This document shows positions 31,710 through 41,300 of a stretch of DNA of 64,000 nucleotides, in pieces (the first letter of the stretch is position 1; every line of letters starts with the position of its first letter). Under the pieces are notes generated by a model that was not told the origin of the DNA, did no database searches, and saw only the letters and a list, made by a program, of their open reading frames with translations. Both the position numbers and the translations under genes were made by a program. This stretch comes from Myxococcales bacterium (GTDB taxonomy: Bacteria; Myxococcota; Myxococcia; Myxococcales; JAJYLH01), in assembly GCA_021787845.1 (NCBI GenBank), contig JAJYLH010000015.1:6059-70058 (forward strand). The letters are read 5' to 3'.

Positions 31710-31737
31710 TTGTCAAAACCGGCCGCGCGCTGATAAT
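31710..31737 (+). promoter_or_regulatory. Sigma70-like promoter of the tolC-MFP-RND operon
   Basis: TTGTCA-N16-GATAAT about 65 nt before ATG 31805. Confidence 0.5.
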
Positions 31738-31804
31738 GCGCGGCGCTCGAGGCTCGCCCGGGTTACGGGTCCGTTCGGCACGAGGAGAGGATCGCAAGCT
31801 TCCG

Positions 31805-33295
31805 ATGCATCGCACGTCCTGGTTCGCCGCGCCGTTCCTCGTCCTCGCCTGGTCGACCTCCGCCCTCCCGGGTTGCGGGACGACGCTCGCCTCGTTGTCG
31901 TCGCCGGTCGGGTACGCGCCGGCACCGTCCACGCCGTGGGCGCCGCCCACCGGCTACGCCGTTCCGCAGCCGCTTCCTTCCGCTCCTCCGCGGCTTCCGC
32001 CGGGGCTCTCTCTGGACAAGCTCGAAGGCGGCGCCGAGGTGTCGCTGGCGGACGCGGTCGCCATCGCGCTCGCGAACAATCCGGCGACCCGGGATGCCTG
32101 GCTCCAGGCCCAGGTCGCGGCGGCGAACGTGGCGGGGGCGAAGGTCGGGTACCTGCCGAACCTCTCGGGCGACGTGAAGGGGCTGGTGCAGCATCAGGCG
32201 GCGTTGGGCGGCAAGTTCAACTTCACGCAGAAGGTGATCGACCCCGGATTGACGCTGAGCTACCTCCTATTCGACTTCGGCGGTCGGGCGGCGCGGGTCA
32301 CGCAGACCGAGCGGACCCTGGCGGCGGCGGACTTCACCCAGAACCAGACGGTGCAGGACGTGATCCTCGCGGCGGAGCAGGCGTATCTGAGCTACGTCGC
32401 GGAAGAGGCGCTGGTGAGCGCGGAAGAGGACGCGGTGAAGTCGGCGCTCGCGAGCGTCGATGCGGCGAAGGCACGGGAGAAGGCGGGGCTCGGAACCGAG
32501 GCGGACGTGTTGCAGGCGCAGACGGCGCTGGCGAACGCGAAGCTCGACTACGAGACCGTGGCGGGTCAGCTCGGCATCGTGAAGGGTTCGCTCGCGACCG
32601 CGATGGGCCTGGCGGCGAACGTGGAAATCCAGGTGAAGGTCCAGCCGCCGGCGGAGCCGCGGGAGCTCAAGGTGCAGGTGAAGACGCTGATCGACCAGGC
32701 GCTCGCGAATCGGGCGGACCTCGCGTCGGCGCGGGAGAAGGCGCTCGCCGCCCGGGCGCAGATCGACTCGCTCAAGGCTTCGATGAAGCCGTCGCTGTCG
32801 CTCGCGGGCACGGTGGACCAGGTCGTTTTCCTCGGGCCGCCGAGCGTGACGACCGCGACGAACTATTCGGTGTCGCTCGACGTGAGCGTGCCGATTTCGG
32901 GAGCCATCGCGACCCTGGCGGCGATCGCGGGGGCGAAGGCGCAGGCCGAGGACCTCGCGGTGCAGTCGACGCTCGATGACGAGAAGGCAGTGCAAGAGGT
33001 ATGGACGAGTTACTACAACCTGAAGACGGCGGCGCGGCGGACTCAGGCGGCGAAGGACCTGGTGGCGAGCGCGACCGCCGCGAGCGACGTGGCGCTCGGG
33101 CGGTACAAGCAGGGACTGGGAACGATACTGGACGTGCTCTCGGCGCAAAGCGCGCTCGCGAGCGCCAAGGGAACGCTGATTCAGGCGCAGGCGCAGTGGT
33201 CTTTGGCACTCGCGCAGCTCGCCCACGACGTCGGCGCGCTCTCGCCCAGGAACCTGTCGCAACCGCTCGCGCCGGCCGGCCGGGAGACGAAATGA
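31805..33295 (+). CDS. TolC-family outer-membrane efflux protein
   Basis: SLADAVAIALANNP, YLPNLS, LLFDFGG and RYKQGLGTILDVLSAQ. Confidence 0.92.
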   Translation: MHRTSWFAAPFLVLAWSTSALPGCGTTLASLSSPVGYAPAPSTPWAPPTGYAVPQPLPSAPPRLPPGLSLDKLEGGAEVSLADAVAIALANNPATRDAWLQAQVAAANVAGAKVGYLPNLSGDVKGLVQHQAALGGKFNFTQKVIDPGLTLSYLLFDFGGRAARVTQTERTLAAADFTQNQTVQDVILAAEQAYLSYVAEEALVSAEEDAVKSALASVDAAKAREKAGLGTEADVLQAQTALANAKLDYETVAGQLGIVKGSLATAMGLAANVEIQVKVQPPAEPRELKVQVKTLIDQALANRADLASAREKALAARAQIDSLKASMKPSLSLAGTVDQVVFLGPPSVTTATNYSVSLDVSVPISGAIATLAAIAGAKAQAEDLAVQSTLDDEKAVQEVWTSYYNLKTAARRTQAAKDLVASATAASDVALGRYKQGLGTILDVLSAQSALASAKGTLIQAQAQWSLALAQLAHDVGALSPRNLSQPLAPAGRETK

Positions 33296-34635
33296 ACGAC
33301 TGCCCGAGACAAGACGACCGTGCACCGGCGCGTCCTTCGACCAAGGGTGGTGTCGGACCGCTGGCCCGGCGCCAGGCCGGCGGCCTGGCACCACCGATTC
33401 CTCTCATGCCCGATGGTGACCGCCAAGCCATGCCGTCTCGTCCGATCAGACCGATCGGTCGGATCGGTCCGATCGGTCTGATCGACGGCGCGTCGCCCCG
33501 TTTCCTCGGCGCGCTGCTCGTCCTCGCCCTGGTGGCTTGCGCTCCGCACGGGGGTCCCCCCGGGGCGAAGAACCCGTTCGCGATGGGGCCGGTCCCGGTG
33601 CGGGTGGCGACGGTCGCGCGCAAGGCGGAACCCCTTCAAGCCCGGGCGGTGGGCCAGGTCGCGACGTTGCAGGACGTGGCGGTGATTCCCCAGGTCGACG
33701 GGCGCCTCTTGGCGGCGCATTTCCGGGAAGGAGGGGAGGTGGCGCGGGGGCAGCTCCTCTTCACCATCGACCCGCGGCCGTACCAGGCGGCGCTCGCGCA
33801 GGCGCAGGCGAACCTGGCGCGCGACCGGGCCCAGGCGGCGCAATCCCGGCGGGACGCCGCGCGGTACGCGGCCATCGTCGGCAAGGGCTACGTGACCGAG
33901 CAGCAGGCGGCGCAGGCGAAGGCGACCGCCGAGGCGCAAGCGGCGACGGTGGCGGCGGACCGGGCGGCGGTGCAGACCGCTTTGCTCAACCTCTCCTACT
34001 GCCAGATTCGCTCGCCCATTTCCGGGAAGACGGGGCTCTTGGGTGTCAAGGTCGGCAACGTCGTCAAGGCGAATCAGGCGACGCCCCTCATCACCATCAA
34101 CCAGCTCAAGCCCATCGGCGTGACGTTCTCGCTCCCGTCGAAGGAGCTCCCGTCGATTCAGGCGAACTTCGGGAACGGGCCGCTCGCGACGCAGGCGGTG
34201 GTGCCGGGCGCAACCACGAGCGCGTTCGGTGGGCTCTCCTTCATCGACAACACCGTGAACACCCAGACCGGCACCATCACCCTTCGGGCGACGTTTCCCA
34301 ACGCGGATGAGCTGCTCTGGCCGGGCGAGCCGGTCGACGTGGTGCTGACGGTGGCGGTGCAGAAGGATGCGGTGGTGGTCCCGTCGAGCGCGGTGCAGGA
34401 GGGGCAGCAGGGCACCTACGCGTTTGTCGTCAAGCCGGACAAGACGGTCGAGGAGCGCGCGATATCGATCGCCCGGACGGTGGGCGAGGACTCCATCGTG
34501 CAGACCGGCCTCGCGCCCGGCGACGTCGTGGTGACGGACGGCGCCCTCGCCCTGGTGAACGGCTCGCACGTCCAGATCCTGGGGGGCGAAACCCCTGTCG
34601 CTCCCATTCCCGACGGCGGCACCGAGGTGCATTAA
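33292..34635 (+). CDS. RND periplasmic adaptor (MdtA-like); start is 33292 or 33430
   Basis: PQVDGRL, GQLLFTIDPRPYQAAL, IRSPISG, FIDNTVNTQTGTI and LWPG. Lipobox LVAC. Confidence 0.9.
   Translation: MNDCPRQDDRAPARPSTKGGVGPLARRQAGGLAPPIPLMPDGDRQAMPSRPIRPIGRIGPIGLIDGASPRFLGALLVLALVACAPHGGPPGAKNPFAMGPVPVRVATVARKAEPLQARAVGQVATLQDVAVIPQVDGRLLAAHFREGGEVARGQLLFTIDPRPYQAALAQAQANLARDRAQAAQSRRDAARYAAIVGKGYVTEQQAAQAKATAEAQAATVAADRAAVQTALLNLSYCQIRSPISGKTGLLGVKVGNVVKANQATPLITINQLKPIGVTFSLPSKELPSIQANFGNGPLATQAVVPGATTSAFGGLSFIDNTVNTQTGTITLRATFPNADELLWPGEPVDVVLTVAVQKDAVVVPSSAVQEGQQGTYAFVVKPDKTVEERAISIARTVGEDSIVQTGLAPGDVVVTDGALALVNGSHVQILGGETPVAPIPDGGTEVH
33440..33486. repeat. GATC 9-bp-period array 4, in frame in the adaptor N-terminus
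   Basis: GATC at 33444, 33453, 33462, 33471 and 33480. Translates as [14 protein letters not shown]. Confidence 0.9.
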
Positions 34636-37600
34636 GTGAACCTCTCCGAGCCCTTCATCCGGCGCCCGGTGGCGACGACGCTGGTGTCGATTGCCATCGT
34701 CGCGTTCGGCGTGGTCGCCTATCGGACCCTGCCGGTCAGCGACCTGCCGAACGTCGACTTCCCGGTCATCCAGGTGTCGGCGCAGCTTCCCGGCGCGAGC
34801 CCGGAAACGATGGCCTCCGCCGTGGCGACGCCCTTGGAGCGGCAGTTCTCGACCATCCAGGGCTTGCAGTCGATGACCTCGACCAACTCCCTCGGGTCGA
34901 CCTCGATTGCCCTGCAGTTCGTGCTCGAGCGGCCGATCGACGCGGCGGCGCAGGATGTCCAGGCGGCCATCGCCGCGGCCTTGCCCCGCCTCCCGCCGAT
35001 GCCGACGCCGCCGTCGTACCAGAAGGTGAACCCGGCGGACCAGCCGATCATGTACGTCGCGCTCACGTCGAAGGAATTGCCGCTCTACACGCTCGACGAA
35101 TACGCGGAGACGCGCCTGGCCGAGCACATCTCGACCATCTCCGGGGTGGCGCAGGTGCTCGTCTACGGCGCGCAGAAGTACGCGGTGCGCATCGAGGTGA
35201 ACCCGCAAGCGCTTTCGAGCCGTGGCATCGGCCTCGACCAGGTGCAGCAGGCGATCCAGAGCGCCAACGTGAACCTCCCGACCGGCCTCCTCTCGGGCCA
35301 TTCGGTCTCGTACACGGTGGAAGCCAACGGGCAGCTCACCCGCGCTTCCGCGTACGAACCGATCATCGTCGGCACCTCGAACGGCTCGCCGGTGCGACTC
35401 TCCGACGTGGCGGCGGCGAAGGACAGCGTCGAGAACGATCAGGTCTCGGCGTGGTACTCGGGCCAGCGCGCGGTCGTGCTGGCCATCCAGCGGCAGCCGG
35501 GAACCAACACGGTCGAGGTGGCTTCCAGCGTGAAGACGCTCCTCCCGAAATTCGCGAAAGAGCTTCCGGCGAGCGTTTCGTTGCATGTCCTCTACGACCG
35601 CTCGGTGTCCATCAAGAACTCGGTGAGCGACGTGAAGCTGACGTTGCTCATCACCCTGTTCCTCGTCGTGGCGGTGATTTTCATCTTCCTGCGCACCCTG
35701 CGGGCGACGATCATCCCCAGCCTGGCGTTGCCGATGTCGGTCGTCGGCACCTTCGTCGCGATGTGGCTCCTCGGCTACAGCATGGACAACCTGTCCCTGA
35801 TGGCCTTGACGCTCTCGGTGGGCTTCGTCGTCGACGACGCGGTGGTGATGCTCGAGAACATCGTCCGCCACATGGAGCTGGGCGAAGGGGTCCTGGAGGC
35901 CGCGCTCAAGGGCTCGAAAGAAATCGGCTTCACCATCGTCTCGATGACCCTCTCCCTGACGGCGGTGTTCATCCCGGTCTTGTTCATGGGCGGCATCGTG
36001 GGCCGGCTCTTCCGCGAGTTCGCCGTGACCATCGCGGTGGCGATTCTGATCTCGGGCTTCATCTCGCTGACCCTGACGCCGATGCTGTCGAGCCGCTTCC
36101 TCCGGCCGGTCCACCACGAAGACGACAATTGGATGAAGCGCATCGCGGAGCGCGCGTTCGACAAGCTGCGTGACCTGTACGGGAGCTCGCTCGCGCTCGT
36201 GCTGCGCCATCGGGTGATCACGATGCTGGTTTCGCTCGGCATCCTGGTCGCGGCGGGCTACCTCTTCACGAAGATTCCCAAAGGCTTCCTCCCCAGCGAG
36301 GACAACGGCCAGATCTTCGCGCAGACGGAGGCGAAGCAGGGCATCTCGTTCGACGCGATGAAGAAGCATCAGCTCGAGCTGATGCAGATCGTCGAGCACG
36401 ATCCGAACGTCAAGGAATTCATGTCGTCGGTGGGCGCGATGCCCGGCCGTCCGAGCAACACTGGCTTCATGTTCATGCATTTGAAACCGCTCGGTAAGCG
36501 GTTGCCGGTCGACGCCATCATCGCCGAGCTGCGTCGCAAGTTCGCGAAGGTTCCCGGCATCCGGGCGTACATCCAGAACCCGCCGCCCATCCGCATCGGC
36601 GGCAAGCTGACGAAGGGCGAATACCAGTACCAGCTCCAAGGCACCGACACGCACCTGCTCTATGCCGATTCCGCCAAGCTCGAAGCCGCGATGCACAAGA
36701 TCCACGGGCTCATCGATGTCACGAGCGACCTCGAGCTGACCAACCCGCAGCTCAACGTCGAGGTCGACCGCGACCGCGCCTCGCTCCTCGGGGTTTCGTT
36801 GGAGCAGGTGGAGGACGCGCTCTACACGGCCTTCGGAACGAGGCAGGTGTCGACCATCTACGCTCCGGAAAACGAGTACCAAGTGATCATGGAGCTGTCG
36901 CCCCAATACCGCCGCCGGCCGAACGCCTTGAATGTTCTCTACGTCCGGTCGAACACTGGCAAGCTCGTGCCGTTGAGCGCGGTGGCGAAGCTGACCCACA
37001 CGGTCGGACCCTTGACCGTCAACCACGCCGGGCAGCTCCCCGCGGTGACGCTCTCGTTCAACGTGCTCCCGGGAACCAGCATCGGCGACGCCACCGCCGC
37101 CGTCGAGCGCGCCGCCCGTGGGATTCTGCCGCCCACGATCACCGCGAGCTTCCAGGGCAACGCGCAGGCGTTCGCCTCGAGCTTGTCCGACCTGGGAACC
37201 CTGCTCCTCCTCGCGGTGCTGGTCATCTACCTGGTGCTGGGCATCCTCTACGAGAGCTACCTCCATCCGATCACGATTCTCTCCGCCCTGCCCTTCGCCG
37301 GCTTCGGCGCGCTCCTGACGCTGTGGATCTTCCACACCGAGCTCTCGCTCTACGCCTTCGTCGGCCTCATCATGCTGGTCGGCCTCGTCAAGAAGAACGG
37401 CATCATGATGGTCGACTTCGCCATCGACTCCCGGCGGACGGGCAAGGGCCCCCGGGACGCCATCCACGAGGCGGCGCTGATCCGGTTCAGGCCGATTCTG
37501 ATGACCACCTTCGCGGCCTTGATGGGCGCCTTGCCGATTGCCCTGGCCAGCGGCGCGGGCGCGGAATCGCGGCGGCCCCTGGGCCTCGCGGTCGTCGGCG

Positions 37601-37749
37601 GCCTCCTCTTCTCCCAGCTCTTGACCCTCTACGTGACCCCGGTCTTCTACACCTACATGGAAGGCCTGAGCACGCGGGTCGCCGCCTGGCGAGCGCGACG
37701 GGCCGCCCGACACCACCCGCCTCCCCCGGAAACCCCGGCGCCGGCGTAG
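34636..37749 (+). CDS. RND efflux permease (MdtB/MdtC-like)
   Basis: FIRRPVAT, LPGASPETMASAVATPLE, GFVVDDAVVMLEN, KKNGIMMVDFA and RFRPILMTT. Confidence 0.96.
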   Translation: MNLSEPFIRRPVATTLVSIAIVAFGVVAYRTLPVSDLPNVDFPVIQVSAQLPGASPETMASAVATPLERQFSTIQGLQSMTSTNSLGSTSIALQFVLERPIDAAAQDVQAAIAAALPRLPPMPTPPSYQKVNPADQPIMYVALTSKELPLYTLDEYAETRLAEHISTISGVAQVLVYGAQKYAVRIEVNPQALSSRGIGLDQVQQAIQSANVNLPTGLLSGHSVSYTVEANGQLTRASAYEPIIVGTSNGSPVRLSDVAAAKDSVENDQVSAWYSGQRAVVLAIQRQPGTNTVEVASSVKTLLPKFAKELPASVSLHVLYDRSVSIKNSVSDVKLTLLITLFLVVAVIFIFLRTLRATIIPSLALPMSVVGTFVAMWLLGYSMDNLSLMALTLSVGFVVDDAVVMLENIVRHMELGEGVLEAALKGSKEIGFTIVSMTLSLTAVFIPVLFMGGIVGRLFREFAVTIAVAILISGFISLTLTPMLSSRFLRPVHHEDDNWMKRIAERAFDKLRDLYGSSLALVLRHRVITMLVSLGILVAAGYLFTKIPKGFLPSEDNGQIFAQTEAKQGISFDAMKKHQLELMQIVEHDPNVKEFMSSVGAMPGRPSNTGFMFMHLKPLGKRLPVDAIIAELRRKFAKVPGIRAYIQNPPPIRIGGKLTKGEYQYQLQGTDTHLLYADSAKLEAAMHKIHGLIDVTSDLELTNPQLNVEVDRDRASLLGVSLEQVEDALYTAFGTRQVSTIYAPENEYQVIMELSPQYRRRPNALNVLYVRSNTGKLVPLSAVAKLTHTVGPLTVNHAGQLPAVTLSFNVLPGTSIGDATAAVERAARGILPPTITASFQGNAQAFASSLSDLGTLLLLAVLVIYLVLGILYESYLHPITILSALPFAGFGALLTLWIFHTELSLYAFVGLIMLVGLVKKNGIMMVDFAIDSRRTGKGPRDAIHEAALIRFRPILMTTFAALMGALPIALASGAGAESRRPLGLAVVGGLLFSQLLTLYVTPVFYTYMEGLSTRVAAWRARRAARHHPPPPETPAPA

Positions 37750-37751
37750 AC

Positions 37752-37809
37752 GCCCCCCCTCCCCGACCCTCCCCCGCAGAGAGCGCGGGAGAGGGATTGG
37801 GGAGCGGGG
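37752..37809. repeat. CCCTC(C/T)CCC...GGGAGAGGG REP-like hairpin between convergent genes
   Basis: CCCTCCCCCGC-agaga-GCGCGGGGAGAGGG. Related units occur at 42915-43083. Confidence 0.6.
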
Positions 37810-37817
37810 TGCTTTGC

Positions 37818-38879
37818 CTACGGCGCCGCGCCAGCCGTCGTCGCGCCGTCGATGGTGATGCTCTTGATGCGGGCGAGGACCTTCTGATCCACGTCCGGCG
37901 GCAGCGGCGCGTAGCCCAGGGCCGCGGCCGACTTCTCGCCTTCGGTCAGGCCCCACTCCCAGAATTTGAGCATCGGCGCCGCCTTGTCGCCGCTGAGGTG
38001 CTGGTAGAGCAGCACGAAGGTGAACCCGGCAATCGGGTACGCCTGCGCGCCCGCCGGGTTCGTGATCGAGACCGAGAAGTCGTCCGGCATCTGCACGCCC
38101 GCCGCGGCGGCCGAGGTCGTCTGGGTGCTCGGGAGGATGTAGTTACCAGAGCTGTTTCGCATCGCGATGATCGGCAGGTGGTTGTCCGTCGCGTACGACA
38201 GCTCGACGTATCCGATGGCCCCCGGGTTCTGTTGGACGATTCCCGTCACGCCCTCGCTCCCCTTGCCGCCCAGGCCCAGCGGCCACTTGACCGCCGTGCT
38301 GTGCCCGACCTTCGCCTTCCACTCCGGCGAAACCTTCGAGAGGTAGTCGGTGTAAATCGCGGTCGTCCCCGAGCCATCCGACCGATGCGTCACCACAATC
38401 GGCAGGTTCGGGAACTTGACGCCCGGATTCTCCTTGGCGAGCCGCGGATCGTTCCAGTTCGTGATCTGCCCCAGGTAGATGCCCGATAGCGTGTCCGGCC
38501 CCAGGTGCAGTTGCGTCGTCATCAGCGCCGGGACGTTGTAGGTGATGGCCACCGCGCCCAGGACCGTCGGCAGGTTCATCAGACCCGGCGCCGCCTCGAC
38601 CTGCTCCGCGGTCAGCCACGCGTCGGAGGCGCCGAAGTCCACCGTGCGCTTGGTGATCTGCTGGATGCCGCCCCCCGAGCCGATGGACTGGTAGTTGAGC
38701 TGCATGCTCGGATGCTTCTGGTGATAGTCGTACGCCCACTTCGTGTACAGCGGCGCCGCGAAGGTGCTGCCCGCGCCGTTGATGAGGTAGGTCTTGCCGC
38801 TCGCGGAATTCGCTCCGCTCGCGTTCGAATGGCAGGCCGCGATCGCCAGCGCCGCCCAGATGAGGGTGAACCGTTTCAT
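37818..38879 (-). CDS. pstS: Phosphate ABC transporter substrate-binding lipoprotein
   Basis: GAGSTF, YQSIGSGGGI, DFGASD and HRSDGSGTT. Lipobox IAAC. Confidence 0.96.
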   Translation of the reverse strand: MKRFTLIWAALAIAACHSNASGANSASGKTYLINGAGSTFAAPLYTKWAYDYHQKHPSMQLNYQSIGSGGGIQQITKRTVDFGASDAWLTAEQVEAAPGLMNLPTVLGAVAITYNVPALMTTQLHLGPDTLSGIYLGQITNWNDPRLAKENPGVKFPNLPIVVTHRSDGSGTTAIYTDYLSKVSPEWKAKVGHSTAVKWPLGLGGKGSEGVTGIVQQNPGAIGYVELSYATDNHLPIIAMRNSSGNYILPSTQTTSAAAAGVQMPDDFSVSITNPAGAQAYPIAGFTFVLLYQHLSGDKAAPMLKFWEWGLTEGEKSAAALGYAPLPPDVDQKVLARIKSITIDGATTAGAAP

Positions 38880-38898
38880 CGTACGCTCCTATGCGGCT

Positions 38899-40032
38899 CT
38901 AGAACGAGAGCTGCGTGAAAAGGCCGACTTCCTGGTAGGTCCCGGTCTGGTCGGGCACCGCCGAACCGATGGGCCCGTTCGAGGTCGCGAGCACCGTGCC
39001 CTGCAGGGTTCCCGGCAGCGCGCTGCCCGAGTCGACCGTCTCGCCCTTGTATACGAGCGCCAGGTCCCAGAACGAGAACGGCGAGTAGTCCACACCCGCG
39101 TTGTAGTACGTATCGCGCACCGACGCGTCGGTGTCCGCGTCAGGCTGCGCGTAGTCGAAACGCCCGAAGACCGAGAGCGCCGGCAGGAAGCGCCAGCTCG
39201 CGTAGACCGTCGCTCCGCGCGCCGTGTCCTCGGCGCCGGTCACTTCCTTCGCCGTGTAGTCGTGCGCGAGGAAGCCTTCGAGGCCGACTCGGAGGGTTGG
39301 CGCATCCCAGGCGACGAGCAGGTCTTCGCGGGTGCCGGTGTGCAGCTTGAGCTTGGAGGTCTCGGCGGTGTTCTGACCGAGCTGCGAGGCCGCGCCGCCC
39401 AGGGCGACGTAGAGGTGACCGGCGAATTGCGCGTTCACCCGCGCCTCGACGCTCGGCACCTGCGCCCGGGTCGGATTGGCGTAGCCGTTGCCGTTGACGA
39501 TCGAGACCTGGTAGCCGAGCATCCCGTTCGCGAAATCGCCGAGCACGTGCAGGCCCCAGTCGGCCGAGCTGCCATAGCCCAGGCGGTCGACCAGCGTGTT
39601 CTCGACGAACCGCATCCCGTACCGATCCTCGGCATAGGGAAACCAGGGGTTGTTCGCGACGCCCGCGCGCACGATCAACGCCGGCATGAGCTTCGCCTGG
39701 ATGTAGGCGTTCTTGACGAACACGTCGAAGTGCTTCGCCTGGTCGCCGACGTCGGTGAGGAAGTGCGCGCTGAACACCGGGCTCAGGCGGTAGCTGGCGC
39801 CCAGGTAGAACCGCTTCAGGTCGAAGCCGGTTCCCGAGTCGGCGCGGGTCTTGCTCTGGCCCTCGTCGACCGCGTTCTTCCAACTGAAGTCGCTGTAGGT
39901 CTTCCCGAAGATTTCGAAGGGCAGCGTCTTGGCCGCTGCGCTGCCGCTCGCCATCGGCGCCGCGCTCGCGCTCGCCGCCGAGCCGAAGAGCAGCGCCGCC
40001 GTGAGAATTGCCGCCGACCACCTTGTCCGCAT
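38899..40032 (-). CDS. Outer-membrane porin, probably phosphate-related
   Basis: Signal peptide, GFDLKRFYL, FVKNAY, beta strands and C-terminal Phe. Directly upstream of pstS. Confidence 0.75.
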   Translation of the reverse strand: MRTRWSAAILTAALLFGSAASASAAPMASGSAAAKTLPFEIFGKTYSDFSWKNAVDEGQSKTRADSGTGFDLKRFYLGASYRLSPVFSAHFLTDVGDQAKHFDVFVKNAYIQAKLMPALIVRAGVANNPWFPYAEDRYGMRFVENTLVDRLGYGSSADWGLHVLGDFANGMLGYQVSIVNGNGYANPTRAQVPSVEARVNAQFAGHLYVALGGAASQLGQNTAETSKLKLHTGTREDLLVAWDAPTLRVGLEGFLAHDYTAKEVTGAEDTARGATVYASWRFLPALSVFGRFDYAQPDADTDASVRDTYYNAGVDYSPFSFWDLALVYKGETVDSGSALPGTLQGTVLATSNGPIGSAVPDQTGTYQEVGLFTQLSF

Positions 40033-40094
40033 GTTCTGGCCTCGTCTCCTGGTTCGCTTCCAGCGCGAACGCGAGCGGACGATGCCGGCGCTGT

Positions 40095-40121
40095 GTGACG
40101 GGCCGGTGGCCGGGAAGTAAA
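40095..40121 (-). promoter_or_regulatory. Possible Pho box
   Basis: Minus-strand TTTAC-N6-GCCAC-N6-GTCAC with 11-bp period upstream of porin-pstS. Confidence 0.3.
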
Positions 40122-40169
40122 TTGTTGGGGGCGAGGCTCCGAGCCCGGGGCCGACGTCGGCGCCGACAA

Positions 40170-40217
40170 GACCGATCCGACTGATCGGACCGATCGGTCC
40201 GATCGGTCCGATCGGAC
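40170..40217. repeat. GATC 9-bp-period array 5
   Basis: GATC at 40174, 40183, 40192, 40201 and 40210. Confidence 0.92.
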
Positions 40218-40276
40218 GTTTCACGCGCCGAGCCGCGTGGAAGAACTTCTGCGCGTGTGTCGCGCGCTTGCGCGCT

Positions 40277-41299
40277 TCAGTAGCTGTGGTGCCCGAGCTT
40301 CACTCGCCCGCGGAAGACCCAGTAGACGAGCGAGGTGTACCCGACCACGAACGGCATCCCGAGCACGGCGATGAGCGCCATGATGCCCAGCGTCTTCTCC
40401 GACGAGCTCGCGTTGAAGATGGTCAGCGACCACTTCGGGTCCAGGCTCGACGGGAGCAGGTTCGGGTACATCTCGACGCCCAGGAGCGCGACGAGGCAGG
40501 CGATGGTCACCGCCGACGAGACGAACGCCTGCAGCGGCCGGTTCAGGAAGAGCGCCCGCGGCACGTTCGCCAGAGCCAGCACGTTCGCCGCGACCAGCAC
40601 CCACGCCAACGGGAAGCGCACGAAGTTCTCTTTCGCCTGTGGCAGCGTCAACAGCGCGGCGATGGTCGTGAAGATGTAGAGCACGAAGGCGACCCCGGCC
40701 GCCGTCCAGGTCCAGGTGCGCAGCCGCTCGTGCAACTCGCCTTCGGTCTTCAGGTGCAGGTAGGCCGCGCCGTGCAAGGTGAAGAGCGAAAGCGTGAACG
40801 CGCCGACCAGCACCGACCACGGCGTCACGAGGCCCAGGAGCGTTCCCGCGAAGTTCCCCTGCGCGTCGATGGGAATCCCGTGCATCACGTCGCCGACCGC
40901 GACCCCGAAGAGGAACGCCGAGCCGATGCTCGCGAGGAAGAACAGGAAGTCCAGCGTCCCCCGCCACTTGCTCTCCGGCCGCTTCGAACGGAACTCCAGC
41001 GTCACCGCCCGGAAGATCAGCGCGAACAAGAGCACCATGAACGGCAGGTAGAAGCCGGAAAACGCCGTCGCGTAGGCCCTCGGGAAGGCGGCGAAGAGAG
41101 CGCCGCCGAAGGTGACGAGCCACACCTCGTTCCCGTCCCACACCGGCCCGATGGCGTTCATCAGGACCCGCCGCTCCTCGTCGTTCTTCGCGACCACGAG
41201 GTGGAGGCTCCCGACGCCGAGGTCGAACCCGTCGAGAATCGCGTAGCCCGCGAGGAGCACGCCCAGGAGGATGAACCACAAGAGATGGAGGTGGGTCAT
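40277..41299 (-). CDS. cydB: Cytochrome bd ubiquinol oxidase subunit II
   Basis: LDGFDLGVG, IGPVWDGNEVWL and YWVFRG. Confidence 0.96.
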   Translation of the reverse strand: MTHLHLLWFILLGVLLAGYAILDGFDLGVGSLHLVVAKNDEERRVLMNAIGPVWDGNEVWLVTFGGALFAAFPRAYATAFSGFYLPFMVLLFALIFRAVTLEFRSKRPESKWRGTLDFLFFLASIGSAFLFGVAVGDVMHGIPIDAQGNFAGTLLGLVTPWSVLVGAFTLSLFTLHGAAYLHLKTEGELHERLRTWTWTAAGVAFVLYIFTTIAALLTLPQAKENFVRFPLAWVLVAANVLALANVPRALFLNRPLQAFVSSAVTIACLVALLGVEMYPNLLPSSLDPKWSLTIFNASSSEKTLGIMALIAVLGMPFVVGYTSLVYWVFRGRVKLGHHSY

Positions 41300-41300
41300 G

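Noticed and set aside
33181-37956. 1591-aa minus-strand ORF
   Set aside because: Antisense shadow of the adaptor and RND genes, typical of high-GC DNA, with no motifs.
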